Source of the DNA: Promethearchaeia archaeon
GTDB lineage: Archaea; Asgardarchaeota; Lokiarchaeia; Sigyniarchaeales; SOKP01
Length of the DNA stretch: 64,000 bases
Assembly: GCA_029856145.1 (NCBI GenBank)
Contig: JAHQWK010000001.1
Coordinates: forward strand, 128,001 to 192,000
Reading direction: 5' to 3'
The stretch's first letter is position 1, and every line of letters begins with the position of its first letter. The notes below the pieces were generated by a model. The model did not search any database. It saw nothing but the letters and a program-made list of their open reading frames with translations, and was not told the origin of the DNA. The translations under genes were made by a program, and so were the position numbers. Below are positions 9,396-19,681 of this stretch, piece by piece.

Positions 9396-9830
9396 TTATA
9401 GATCTTCTACAAGATCCTCGTAAGCTTCCAAGGCTAACTCTATAATTTCTTGGAAAGCCATTGCGTCCTGGAGATTACCTTCTACTGTAATATCGCCGGC
9501 CATATAAGCTGAAGTAGCGTCGACTTCTCCCATAAGAATTCCTGCACCGACTTCAAGCGTCGAGGACATTGTAAATGAAGGATTATCGACATCTCCTTCA
9601 CCGTATTCCAAAGTCCCTTCCTTAACTGTTAGCCAGTACTTTTTATCAATATCAGTTAATATCTGGGATATAGCTATGTCCATATCCTCAAGTTCTTCTT
9701 TGAGATCTTCATTTTCTGTTGAGATTTGCTTAACAAAGTCGTACATAAGCATTACGTCTGCGTCAGATGCGGAGGACGCTCCAGCATCTTGGGCTGCTTT
9801 TATTTTTTTTAATAATGATTCGTCAACCAT
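9396..9830 (-). CDS. SCP2 sterol/lipid-binding domain protein (likely start MVDES at 9830)
   Basis: GEVDATSAYMAGDITVEGNL SCP2 motif; acidic protein. Confidence 0.85.
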   Translation of the reverse strand: MVDESLLKKIKAAQDAGASSASDADVMLMYDFVKQISTENEDLKEELEDMDIAISQILTDIDKKYWLTVKEGTLEYGEGDVDNPSFTMSSTLEVGAGILMGEVDATSAYMAGDITVEGNLQDAMAFQEIIELALEAYEDLVEDL

Positions 9831-10134
9831 TTTAATTTTCAACCTTCTTTTATATTTTTATTGCCTTATTTTAAATATATATTGTATAAATAACAATATT
9901 AAAAGGTTATAATGATATAAAAAGGTTTTATTTCTTTTTTTTTTAAAATGGATATAATCCACTAGAATATATTAGATAGTTGAAAATAGTACCTAATAAT
10001 ATATTATACGTATATTATTTTGCCTTAAAACCACGTTTTAGAAAATTTAAGTAGTTAATGCAAAAAATTAAATCATTACATTTTCATTATGTGTTTGAGA
10101 TAAATCGACAAATTTTGGTATTAGGTGTTTTAAT

Positions 10135-10758
10135 ATAAAAATAGTTTTAGAACGATTACATGAAAGCACAGATAACCTTGTAAATCAGCAGTTTTATAAA
10201 GATGGTCGAGATATAATTATAGGTAGAACACCTGAAATTTCTCTGAAAATAAGCAACTCAGGCCAAATAATAAGGAAATTTAAAGATTTATTTAACGAAA
10301 ATTTAGACTTATTTTTGGATGGTAAATATTTAGAATTTCTTAGTCTTTTCAAAAAAATTAAAGGTTTGGACGAGAATTATATTAGAGAAATCTATCAAGA
10401 TCTCCAACTTAAATTTGAAAACTTGAAGGAGGCTGAGCATATTAATGCCGTTATTTTGTACTCCCTTGTTTTAAATTCTCTTATTTCAAGTATACGAGAT
10501 CTTAATTTTGGAGAAGCAATTAGAGAAATTAAAAAACGGATATTAAAAAAATTAAAAATTCATGAAAATAAGATTCAAGCAGAACTAGATAAATTATTTA
10601 TGAGAAATGATAAAAACGTTTCAATTTTATATAATCTCTCTTACCTCGATACATTAGCAGAATCTTTCAATTATAAGAAGGTTGCTCGTATTTGCAAAAT
10701 TCAAAAGAGTAAGTTTATGAATCGAATTGTGAAACTCATTATCTCATCAAATAATTAG
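10135..10758 (+). CDS. Hypothetical protein, probably starting at a non-canonical ATA upstream of the tracked TTG (10315)
   Basis: Frame is open from 10099; AGGTG at 10123-10127 lies 7 nt before ATA at 10135. Confidence 0.6.
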   Translation: MKIVLERLHESTDNLVNQQFYKDGRDIIIGRTPEISLKISNSGQIIRKFKDLFNENLDLFLDGKYLEFLSLFKKIKGLDENYIREIYQDLQLKFENLKEAEHINAVILYSLVLNSLISSIRDLNFGEAIREIKKRILKKLKIHENKIQAELDKLFMRNDKNVSILYNLSYLDTLAESFNYKKVARICKIQKSKFMNRIVKLIISSNN

Positions 10759-11512
10759 GTTCATTTAAATCCTCGAAAAAAACATGAGCGAGAGTTTTTA
10801 TAACCATTTTTTTCAAATTCTCATCATATAATCGTATTCGATCTGAAAATTCAATCTGAATTGTTTGACTTTTTGGAATACGAGAAGCACCATATTGTGT
10901 TGTTGTATAACCTCCAGTTAACACATACTCTTTTCTTCTAGGATGACCTGGAGCAATTGGTATATCTAATAGGAGCAATTTCTGAATTATTTTTCCGCGA
11001 ATATTTTTTTCCCAATCTCTCTTTTGAATTGGTTCAGAAAAAAATGATTCTAGATTATTTGTGCCTAAAATTACTTCAACATCTCGAAAACCCGGAGGAC
11101 GAGCGTCTTTTTCAAAGCCATGTATATCTATCAGTAAAGAACGATTATACTTTTCTAGATTTTTAAAAACCCATTCCTTAATTTTATCATGGTAAAATCT
11201 ATAAATTTCTCTAGCAAGAAATGAATTTTGATTATATGCTTCATACTCACTACGATTTAAATCAATTTTACTTCGTCGTACCCTTGAACTAATGTAAAAA
11301 GGTGTTTTAAATCTCAATTTTTCGTTTTTAAAATTGATACTAATCTGCTTAATTAAATTTTTAGCTAATTTTATAGTCCCTTTATCAATTCCTAAAACAC
11401 CTTTTGTTCTTTGAGGAATAGAATCACACTCTAATATTCCACCATGGGGAACAGACAAAATTAATGGGATATTACCTTTTTCAAACTCTATATAATCTTT
11501 TATTTCATGCAT
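10739..11512 (-). CDS. N-formylglutamate amidohydrolase-like protein
   Basis: PLILSVPHGG, DLNR, YH, IDIHG and IQIE motifs. Confidence 0.8.
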   Translation of the reverse strand: MHEIKDYIEFEKGNIPLILSVPHGGILECDSIPQRTKGVLGIDKGTIKLAKNLIKQISINFKNEKLRFKTPFYISSRVRRSKIDLNRSEYEAYNQNSFLAREIYRFYHDKIKEWVFKNLEKYNRSLLIDIHGFEKDARPPGFRDVEVILGTNNLESFFSEPIQKRDWEKNIRGKIIQKLLLLDIPIAPGHPRRKEYVLTGGYTTTQYGASRIPKSQTIQIEFSDRIRLYDENLKKMVIKTLAHVFFEDLNEPNYLMR

Positions 11513-11547
11513 TTCTTTTAGAATGATAATTAAAAAAAAAGATTAAA

Positions 11548-11997
11548 TTATTGGAGAGTTAAATATCGAAGTATTATGAAGATGCTGATCCAGATTCCAA
11601 ACCCTATTATTCCGAATGTATAATAAGCAAACGCACTTTTTTCTTTTTCAAACGTAAGATATGCGAATAACCATGTTCCAAGCCCACCTAATGCGCATAA
11701 AAGAACATCAGTAGTCATATTCGCCCAACTGTCAGGTCGGTTTTCAAATTTCCAACCTAATTGAAGAAATAATGTGTGTTCAATGATTTCCCAAACTACT
11801 GCGCATAAAATCGTAAGGATAAAAACAAACAATAATGAGAAGATTGGAATTCTACCTTTTTTTTTGGGTATTGTATAAAACAATGACCAAAATAAAAATA
11901 GTCCTATTCCAAAACATATATGCCCTATCGAAAAAAAATCAAAAACAGAAATCCCTACTTCATCAGCTGTGGTTGCGAACCATAGATTGAGTAACAT
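11548..11997 (-). CDS. Membrane protein, possibly metal-binding
   Basis: DFFSIGH, WEIIEH, DSWAN...DV; about 4 TM segments. Confidence 0.7.
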   Translation of the reverse strand: MLLNLWFATTADEVGISVFDFFSIGHICFGIGLFLFWSLFYTIPKKKGRIPIFSLLFVFILTILCAVVWEIIEHTLFLQLGWKFENRPDSWANMTTDVLLCALGGLGTWLFAYLTFEKEKSAFAYYTFGIIGFGIWISIFIILRYLTLQ

Positions 11998-12138
11998 ATT
12001 CCTAACTCCTTATTAGATTTTAAGTAATAAATCACGTAACACTAATTTAAGTTTAAGTATTATACTAAACTGGAGAGTCATCTTAGAAAAATTATAAGTG
12101 TTGTAGATTAATAGAATTTTTTTGATATAACTGATAGG

Positions 12139-13437
12139 ATGAAAAATTTGTCTAAAGATTCTGCTTTAGTTGTATATTATTATAAGAATAATATCTATAG
12201 TTTCAATGCTTTAGTCGGGGCATTGGAAACAGATAGCTACTTCGATGATTTTAATATTTACTTTATTAAAAAAAAAGACGAATTAATTTATGGGTTAAAA
12301 GACATAATTAAAAACCACAAATCAATAATTGTTGGATTTTCCTTTTTCACTTCTCAACTATGGGAAATTTATGATTTAATTTCATTATTAAAAAATAAAT
12401 ACAAAGATAGTATTCTTTATATCGCAGGGGGTCCACATGCTACAGGTGATCCCCTAGGAGTACTTAAACTTGGGTTTGATTTTGTCGTTGTAGGTGAGGG
12501 TGAAGAAACAATAATAGAATTATTGAAGAAAGTAGATTTAGGTTCTGATTACGAGAGTTTAAAGGGAATTGCTTTTATTAATGATTCTAATGAATATATT
12601 TTCACCGGAAAAAGAGTGGCTATTGATTTAGACGATTATCCTCCATTTCCTTTAAAAAATCAGAGATTTGGGGCAATAGAGATAACCAGAGGTTGTCCTT
12701 ATGTGTGTTATTTTTGTCAAACACCCTATATTTCAGGGACAAAACCAAGACATAGAAGTATTGAATCTATATGTAAATATATACAAATACTGTATAATCA
12801 TTATGGGGATCTTACTGATGTAAGATTTATCACCCCCAATGCATTTTCATATGGATCTCTGGACGGAAAGGTGTTAAATCTAACAAAACTTGAAAATCTG
12901 CTTAAAAAAATAAGAGGGATAATAGGAAAAAAGAGTCGTTTATTTTTAGGGACTTTTCCATCAGAGGTGAGACCTGAACACGTTACTAATAACTCACTAG
13001 ATTTAGTCTTAAAATATGCTGATAATGATAATATCACCATTGGAGCACAGTCCGGTAGTCAAAGAATCTTAGATCTGTGTCATAGAGATCATACAGTTGA
13101 AGATATATATAATGCTGTCAAATTGACGGTAGAACATAATTTAAAAATTAATGTGGACTTTATTTTCGGTTTACCTGGAGAAAATGAAGAAGATATATTG
13201 CTCACAATTTCTATGATGAGAGAATTGTCAAATAAAGGTGCAAGAGTACATGCTCACTCATTTATTCCTTTACCTCAGACTCCCTTTGCTAAGGCACCTG
13301 TTAATAGAGTTAAAGATTTGTATAAAAAGGAAATTACAAAGTTAATATCAAAAGGATTTGCATTTGGTGATTGGAAGAAACAAGAAAAATTAGCAATCAA
13401 GATAGCTAAATATATGAAGACGATGAAATTAGAATAA
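12139..13437 (+). CDS. B12-binding domain / radical SAM protein (TIGR04013-like)
   Basis: AGGPHATGDP, GEGE, EITRGCPYVCYFCQT (CxxxCxxC), FPSEVRPE. Confidence 0.9.
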   Translation: MKNLSKDSALVVYYYKNNIYSFNALVGALETDSYFDDFNIYFIKKKDELIYGLKDIIKNHKSIIVGFSFFTSQLWEIYDLISLLKNKYKDSILYIAGGPHATGDPLGVLKLGFDFVVVGEGEETIIELLKKVDLGSDYESLKGIAFINDSNEYIFTGKRVAIDLDDYPPFPLKNQRFGAIEITRGCPYVCYFCQTPYISGTKPRHRSIESICKYIQILYNHYGDLTDVRFITPNAFSYGSLDGKVLNLTKLENLLKKIRGIIGKKSRLFLGTFPSEVRPEHVTNNSLDLVLKYADNDNITIGAQSGSQRILDLCHRDHTVEDIYNAVKLTVEHNLKINVDFIFGLPGENEEDILLTISMMRELSNKGARVHAHSFIPLPQTPFAKAPVNRVKDLYKKEITKLISKGFAFGDWKKQEKLAIKIAKYMKTMKLE

Positions 13438-13443
13438 AGCTCT

Positions 13444-14325
13444 TCATGTTTTTATATTAATAGTATCATCCGTAATCTCAATGAATCCTTCTTTTTCCAA
13501 TTGATTAAGCATATTATTTATTTTTTTTTGTTCGTTACTATCAAATACTCTTTGAATATTCTTTATCTCCATTTTTCCTTGTTTAATTAATAATTCTAGA
13601 ATCTTTCCTCTAATTTGCCTGGTCGATCCTTTAAAAGGTGCTTGCTTTCGATAATGAGTACTTTTTTTATTCAGTTCTGGATGAGCCTTTTTGAGCATTA
13701 CACCATAGTCCATTAGAGCATAATACCATTCGCGAGGATTAGCATTATCAACTGAATTTTTAACGATCGGCAAAATTTCTTTATCATCAATCTTCCTTTT
13801 ATTAGGAAAGAAAAAGTAAATATAAACCCTTCTTATATTCGTTTCAATAAAAGCTGTAGACCTATTAAAAGCAAATGTAATAATTGATGATGCTGTATTA
13901 TGTCCTATTTGTGGAAAAGATTTTAAAATGTCTATTGAATCAGGTAGTTTCCCTTCAAAATTTTTGACAACAGTATCTGCAATCGTTTTTAATGCTATTG
14001 CCCTTCTATTATATCCTAAACCTTTCCATTCCTTAAGAACTTCTTCAAGCGAAGCTATAGATAATGATAAAAAATCTGGAAATTTTTTTTTAAATTTTAA
14101 ATATTTTTCTGATACTCTCCTTGTTTGGGTTTGTTGGAGCATAATTTCTGATACTAGAACATTATAGGGTGTTATATTTTCCCTAAAAGGAAATTTTCTC
14201 TTATGATTTTTATAATAATCATAAATAATTTTCTGAAATAAGTCTATTACTTCAGAGGTTAAACCTCTTTTTATAAAAAGTCTGTGAAAGTCACTGATAA
14301 ATAATTCTTCTCTAATTTTAAACAC
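13444..14325 (-). CDS. mutY: A/G-specific adenine glycosylase, MutY-like, lacking the Fe-S cluster
   Basis: VSEIMLQQTQ, WKGLGYNRRA, HhH PQIGHNTA, ALMDYG; no cluster cysteines. Confidence 0.85.
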   Translation of the reverse strand: MFKIREELFISDFHRLFIKRGLTSEVIDLFQKIIYDYYKNHKRKFPFRENITPYNVLVSEIMLQQTQTRRVSEKYLKFKKKFPDFLSLSIASLEEVLKEWKGLGYNRRAIALKTIADTVVKNFEGKLPDSIDILKSFPQIGHNTASSIITFAFNRSTAFIETNIRRVYIYFFFPNKRKIDDKEILPIVKNSVDNANPREWYYALMDYGVMLKKAHPELNKKSTHYRKQAPFKGSTRQIRGKILELLIKQGKMEIKNIQRVFDSNEQKKINNMLNQLEKEGFIEITDDTINIKT

Positions 14326-14420
14326 AGAAAAAATGATAATTATGTAGTATATATAGATAAAGGAATAGTAAAATTGAATTTATGGATTTTAAAATATAAT
14401 TCATACTTGATATTCTTTAA

Positions 14421-16328
14421 TTAAGAAAGATCAAACGCGAATATTGTAACTCCTCCCTCTATTCTTTTCAGGTTTAGCAAATATCCTGAACTATTAATAA
14501 TATGAAGCATTGGTTTATTTTCAAGTAGAATTGATCCAGTAAATGTTCGGTAATTAAGCTCTTTGCCAATTTGTACTAAATAATTCAATAAAAACTTAGT
14601 AATCCCTAGTCCTCTCCAATCCTTATGAACTACAAATGCTATCTCTGCAACAGAAGGTTGAACTGTTTTGAAAAATGCTCCTAATGCAATAATTTTTTCT
14701 TCTCCATTTTCACCATATTCTCCTCCCAAAATCATATCTGTTGAGTAATCAATATTAACCATTGGTTGGATTTTTTTATGGCGAAAATCTTTAACAGGAG
14801 CAAAAAATCTCAAATATCTATCTTGCTCATCCAGGGAATAATGAAGTTCTTGAATCATTCTTTCATCTGTGGGTTTTACAGGGCGAATTTTTATCTTTTT
14901 TCCATTTTGAAGCTTTATTATTAATTCATACTTTTCTGGATAAACACTTATTCTTCCATCTATAGATATTGGCAACTTTTGATCTGAATATATATACTTC
15001 CATTTTTTTGCATGTTCTAATAATTCTTCTCGAAAATCTGGATGTGCAATATTAATCATTTCAAGAACTCTTTCTCTAATACTTTTTCCATAAAGATAAG
15101 CAATACCCCATTCAGTCACCACGTAATGGATATCTCCTCTTGTAATTACAACACCAGAACCGGGCTGAAGATAAGGAACTATTCGAGAAACTATGGTTCC
15201 ATCTTTTAGAGTTGCCGTAGAAGGCAAGGTCATAATTGGCTTTCCATTAATTGCTCTTCCAGCACCTCTTACAAAATCAACTTGACCGCCAATTCCGCTG
15301 TAAAATCGGTGACCTAAGGAATCTGAATTTACTTGTCCTGTTAAATCGACACTTAGAGCTGCATTTATAGCTACTTGTTTTTTATTTTTACTAATAATAT
15401 AGGGATCATTAGTATAATCACAAGGATGGAATTCCACCATAGGATTATCATCAACAAAATCATATAATCTTTTTGACCCCATTACAAAGGAACAAATGAT
15501 CTTATCTTTATGTAAAGTCTTTTTTTTACATGTTATTACGCCTTCTTCCACAAGATCAACTATCCCATCCGAAAATACCTCACTATGAACACCTAAATCT
15601 TTTTTCTCCTTTAATTCTTTAGTAACTGCATTTGGAATCTGACCAATTCCCATTTGAATAGTAGATTCATCTTCAATTAAAGAAGCTACAAATTTAGCTA
15701 TTCTAGTGGAAACATCATCGAGCTCACCATAAGTGAATTCAATAATATCGTGATCACTAAGTACATATGCATCAATATCATTCATATGAATGAATGAATC
15801 ACCTAAAGTACGTGGCATTTTAGGGTTTATCTCAGCTACAACTTGGTCGGCAGATTCAGCTATGGGTTTTACAATATCCACATTGATTCCATAACTACAA
15901 AAACCGTATCTGTCTGGTGGACTCACTTGAATTAAGGCTGTATCCATGTGAATTTTTCCAGAGTTGAATAGTTTAGGAATTTCTGAAAGAGGCATTGGAG
16001 TATAATCTGCTTGACCAACTTCCACATATTTTCGCAGTGATTTTCCAATAAAAAATGCATTATGTCTAAATAAATCTTCTATTCCTCCAGCTGTTTCATA
16101 ATAATCTAAATCGCTGAGACTAAGAAAATGCAATATCTCAACATCTGGAAGTTGACGTCCCATTTCAATTAATTTTTTTGTAAGATCAATTGGTTCTGAA
16201 CAACCAGAATCAATAAAAATTCGATTTCCTGGTTTGATATATTTCCTAATCGCTGTGTCTAATGGCACTTGTTTCTTACTATGATTATTTAATGTTTTTA
16301 AGAGATCTTTATTTGAGATTGGCACCAA
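14421..16328 (-). CDS. Acetyl-CoA hydrolase/transferase fused to a C-terminal GNAT domain
   Basis: SYGINVD, QMGIG, HSE, SGIGGQVDFVRGA, VVTEWG; then YLRFF and AEIAFVV..WRGLG (GNAT). Confidence 0.9.
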   Translation of the reverse strand: MVPISNKDLLKTLNNHSKKQVPLDTAIRKYIKPGNRIFIDSGCSEPIDLTKKLIEMGRQLPDVEILHFLSLSDLDYYETAGGIEDLFRHNAFFIGKSLRKYVEVGQADYTPMPLSEIPKLFNSGKIHMDTALIQVSPPDRYGFCSYGINVDIVKPIAESADQVVAEINPKMPRTLGDSFIHMNDIDAYVLSDHDIIEFTYGELDDVSTRIAKFVASLIEDESTIQMGIGQIPNAVTKELKEKKDLGVHSEVFSDGIVDLVEEGVITCKKKTLHKDKIICSFVMGSKRLYDFVDDNPMVEFHPCDYTNDPYIISKNKKQVAINAALSVDLTGQVNSDSLGHRFYSGIGGQVDFVRGAGRAINGKPIMTLPSTATLKDGTIVSRIVPYLQPGSGVVITRGDIHYVVTEWGIAYLYGKSIRERVLEMINIAHPDFREELLEHAKKWKYIYSDQKLPISIDGRISVYPEKYELIIKLQNGKKIKIRPVKPTDERMIQELHYSLDEQDRYLRFFAPVKDFRHKKIQPMVNIDYSTDMILGGEYGENGEEKIIALGAFFKTVQPSVAEIAFVVHKDWRGLGITKFLLNYLVQIGKELNYRTFTGSILLENKPMLHIINSSGYLLNLKRIEGGVTIFAFDLS

Positions 16329-16686
16329 AAAAACACCCTATTTTTTTCATAATACACTTTAATTAGTGTCTACATGATTTTAAATATAATTATAAGAGAT
16401 GTAAAAATGAAAATATTCTTTAATTAAAATCTCAAGGGAAACGGCCTAAAACAAGACAAAAAATTGGACTTAAAGATAAATTAGCTGCTTTAAAAACCAT
16501 TAAACAGAGTGAATCATCAGAAGAACTTTAAATATACAATTTTTTTTTTCAATTGTTCTTTTTAGAATGCTTTCTTTTTGAATGATATCCTTCAATTGTT
16601 CTTTTTAAAGCAAAATAAACAATAATAAATATTCGCTTTCCTTCTAGAACTTATATTTTTATGAAAATGATTTCCTACGATTACAT

Positions 16687-17025
16687 ATGGCAAAAGATAA
16701 AGTCGATATTGAAGATCTAGAAGCGTTTATTAATGGCTTAAAGCATTCTTTTGATACTTTGGAAGATATTGATCCAACACAATCAAAAGGATTTCAGGCG
16801 CAATTAGCAAAAGCAATATCAGATTTAAGGATAAAAAGAGCTGCCAAATTTGAACCTCTTCCAAAACACATTGGTCAATTTACCAAAGATGATCTCAAGA
16901 ATTTATTACTAAAGGAGTTAGAATCTTTACAAAATGATTTAGATTCTTCTGATTATAATTGGAGAAAAAAGTTTGAATTAGTAAAAAAAATTGCTCTTGT
17001 ACGAGAGCAAGTAAATAATATGTAA
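16687..17025 (+). CDS. Hypothetical protein
   Basis: 112 aa ATG ORF with helical composition. Confidence 0.7.
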   Translation: MAKDKVDIEDLEAFINGLKHSFDTLEDIDPTQSKGFQAQLAKAISDLRIKRAAKFEPLPKHIGQFTKDDLKNLLLKELESLQNDLDSSDYNWRKKFELVKKIALVREQVNNM

Positions 17026-17068
17026 TCCGTTTATTCTCTCAGTAATTTTAACATTAATCCTTGAGGTT

Positions 17069-17830
17069 TTGAAAATGTTAATAGATATCCATTGTCATGC
17101 TAATCTCTATCTTAATCTTGAAAAAATTATTAAAGAAGCGAAAAATGTTGGAGTAGAAAAGATTATTTCTGTTGGTATGAGTTTTACTAGCCTAGAAAGG
17201 ATATTAGAAATATCTGACAAATATGATACAATTTATCCTGCTTTAGGAATCCATCCTGAAGAAGTGAGGATGAATAAAAACATTGGTAATCAATTAGATT
17301 TAGTAGTGGATATTATTAAAAAAAATAATGCAAAAATTTGTGCTATAGGGGAGATTGGTTTAGATTATCATTTTGTTAAAGAAAAGGAGTTATATCCTCT
17401 TCAAAAGGATATCTTTAAGATTATGCTTGGATTAGCGCAGGAATTGAATTTACCTGTTAATTTACATACTAATGGGGCAGAAAAAATAGTTTTTGACATG
17501 CTACCCTCATATAATATCCCCAATGTTAATATTCATTGGTATTCTGGACCTGAACAATTTTTAAATTTAGGAATAGATAGGGGATACTTTTTCTCAGTTA
17601 CACCTGCAATTAGTTATTCACCAGCAGTTAAGAATACTGTTTTAAAAATTGATAAAGATTTCATTCTTCTCGAGAGTGATGGGCCAGTAAAATACTCAGG
17701 AAAAATCGGCACTCCTGCAATGATTAGAGATGTGTTAAATGCAATATCTAAGCTAAAGAAAATTGATTCTAAAGAATTAGAAATACAAATAGAAAATAAT
17801 ACTAAATTAATTTTCCCAAAAATCTTTTAA
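17069..17830 (+). CDS. tatD: TatD-family nuclease
   Basis: IDIHCH, GIHP, IGEIGLD, HWYSG, LESDGP. Confidence 0.92.
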   Translation: MKMLIDIHCHANLYLNLEKIIKEAKNVGVEKIISVGMSFTSLERILEISDKYDTIYPALGIHPEEVRMNKNIGNQLDLVVDIIKKNNAKICAIGEIGLDYHFVKEKELYPLQKDIFKIMLGLAQELNLPVNLHTNGAEKIVFDMLPSYNIPNVNIHWYSGPEQFLNLGIDRGYFFSVTPAISYSPAVKNTVLKIDKDFILLESDGPVKYSGKIGTPAMIRDVLNAISKLKKIDSKELEIQIENNTKLIFPKIF

Positions 17831-17935
17831 GAAATAATCATATTATTATGGTTTACTTCACTCAATTATTAAGTTTCCAACATCTATGATATTTTTAGGA
17901 AAGTTTTGTTAATTAATTTATAATTTAGTATTTAA

Positions 17936-18811
17936 TTAATTGGGTTTTTCAGCGATAATAAATATTTGATGTTCTGGTACAACAGGTTCATCAATTCCAA
18001 CATATTTGGTTTCAATCACATCAAATCCATATGATTTCAGAAGTTTTTTCCATTCTTCCACCTTAAGGAAATTAAGAGGTACATTGATATCTTCATCCCC
18101 AATTACTCGATTGTAAAACCAATCAAAAAAGCTATTAGTCATCCTAATATCATCTTCTTCAACATAAGCTTCTTTAATAATTAGGCGATGTTTAGTTACT
18201 CTCGTTGCTTCCTCCAATAAATGTTCGGGGTCGCTCGCATGATGTAAAACAGTATATAAAATTGTAGTATCTACTTCCCCATCTGATAACGGTACTTTAC
18301 CCTCTGGATTGTATAAGATCAATGGTAGGTTCGTATAATTATAATCTACAATATCAACAAGTAAGACTTCTTTATCAAGCTGTTCTTTTATTTCTAGCGC
18401 TAAAAGCCCATTTCCTGCACCAAGATCAAGTATCTTCTTTCCTACGATGTAGTTTTTAACTTTTTCACACCTTATTTTAGCCTGTTTGAATTCTTTAGCC
18501 TTGAGATCTTTTTCATTATCGACATGTTTTCTGATAAATTTTCGAAATGCTTCTTCAACTTTAATAAGAGGTGTTCCTTTTTTCAGGCCTCTAGTTATGG
18601 TTCTATTTACATAAAACCAAAAAATTTGTCTTTTAAAAAAATTTAAATTAGCATTTTTCATGGCAGATAAAAATAATGACCGAATTTCATTCCAATAGTA
18701 CCTATTTTTTTTAATTTTCTTAGAAAATATTGGATATATGAGACTTTCCACAACATCAATATCGTTTTGATTAGCAGGTTTGTAAAATTTAATTATTTCT
18801 TCTTGAATCAA
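17936..18811 (-). CDS. Class I SAM-dependent methyltransferase
   Basis: ILDLGAGNG, VLHHASDP, EATRV. Confidence 0.85.
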   Translation of the reverse strand: MIQEEIIKFYKPANQNDIDVVESLIYPIFSKKIKKNRYYWNEIRSLFLSAMKNANLNFFKRQIFWFYVNRTITRGLKKGTPLIKVEEAFRKFIRKHVDNEKDLKAKEFKQAKIRCEKVKNYIVGKKILDLGAGNGLLALEIKEQLDKEVLLVDIVDYNYTNLPLILYNPEGKVPLSDGEVDTTILYTVLHHASDPEHLLEEATRVTKHRLIIKEAYVEEDDIRMTNSFFDWFYNRVIGDEDINVPLNFLKVEEWKKLLKSYGFDVIETKYVGIDEPVVPEHQIFIIAEKPN

Positions 18812-18840
18812 TTATTTATCACAACCACTTAATTTTTAAG

Positions 18841-18886
18841 TAAGTGAGTATTTACTCACTTATAAACTTTATGAGTAATTGCTCAT
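18841..18886. promoter_or_regulatory. Two palindromic putative TetR operators
   Basis: TAAGTGAGTA-TT-TACTCACTTA (18841-18862, perfect 10-bp arms) and ATGAGTAATTGCTCAT (18871-18886) between the divergent methyltransferase and TetR genes. Confidence 0.75.
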
Positions 18887-18900
18887 TTAATATTATTATA

Positions 18901-19515
18901 ATGTTAAGTAAAAAATTTTCACGGAATAAACAAGAAAAAATTAACCGGATTTATGATACATTTTTTAACTTAATCTTAAAACAGGGATATCACAAAACAA
19001 GCACAAATCATGTTGCAAAATCAGCTAAGATTAGTATTGGTACGATTTATAAATATTTTCCGAAAGGGAAAGAAGATATTATAAGAAAATATTTTGAAGA
19101 ATCGATGGAAACTTTTTTGGATAGTCAGGATCTAAGTAACATGACTGATGAAAATATAAGAGTTTTTCTTAATCATTTTGTTTTAGATTTATTTAAGAAT
19201 CACGAGGAAAATAAAGGATATAATATAGCTTTTAGGTCTGCTATACAATCTGATCAAAAATTGCATGAAGCACACAAGGAGAAGATTTTTATTTTTTTTA
19301 AAGGTACAGCGCAGAAATTAAGGAAGATAAATAAAAACTTTAACCAGATACCTGAGGAAAGATTGGTTGAAACATTTATCTTTATTTATAATCTTATCAA
19401 TGCGATTTTATATCATCATTTATCTATAATGGAATTATTTGATACAGATGATAAGCTAGTTGATTATCTTACAAATTTAGTAGTTTTTTCATTGGAATAT
19501 TTACTTCAAAATTAA
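18901..19515 (+). CDS. TetR/AcrR-family regulator (likely ATG at 18901)
   Basis: GYHKTSTNHVAKSAKISIGTIYKYFP HTH. Confidence 0.9.
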   Translation: MLSKKFSRNKQEKINRIYDTFFNLILKQGYHKTSTNHVAKSAKISIGTIYKYFPKGKEDIIRKYFEESMETFLDSQDLSNMTDENIRVFLNHFVLDLFKNHEENKGYNIAFRSAIQSDQKLHEAHKEKIFIFFKGTAQKLRKINKNFNQIPEERLVETFIFIYNLINAILYHHLSIMELFDTDDKLVDYLTNLVVFSLEYLLQN

Positions 19516-19536
19516 AGATATACTAAAAAATAGTTT

Positions 19537-19668
19537 CTATGATTTTTCTTCTTTTTCCATCATTTTAATAATTTCTTCTGGAAGTTCTCCTTTATTTTTC
19601 ATACGGTTTAACATATCTTTTACTTCAGAGATGGTGTTTCCATAAATATGTAAAGAATTGCTAAAATC
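19537..19668 (-). pseudogene. thyA: Displaced 3' fragment of thymidylate synthase (second copy of the thyA end)
   Basis: Translates DFSNSLHIYGNTISEVKDMLNRMKNKGELPEEIIKMMEKEEKS*; 35/40 aa identical to the C-terminus of 22641-23645. Confidence 0.92.
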
Positions 19669-19681
19669 TTTTAAAGTTTCT

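Noticed and set aside
16420-16531. Coding-like stretch LKSQGKRPKTRQKIGLKDKLAALKTIKQSESSEEL*
   Set aside because: No start codon and no recognisable family; possibly a remnant but not supportable.
18844-18900. N-terminal extension of TetR
   Set aside because: It runs through the operator palindromes and TATA-like box; ATG 18901 fits better.
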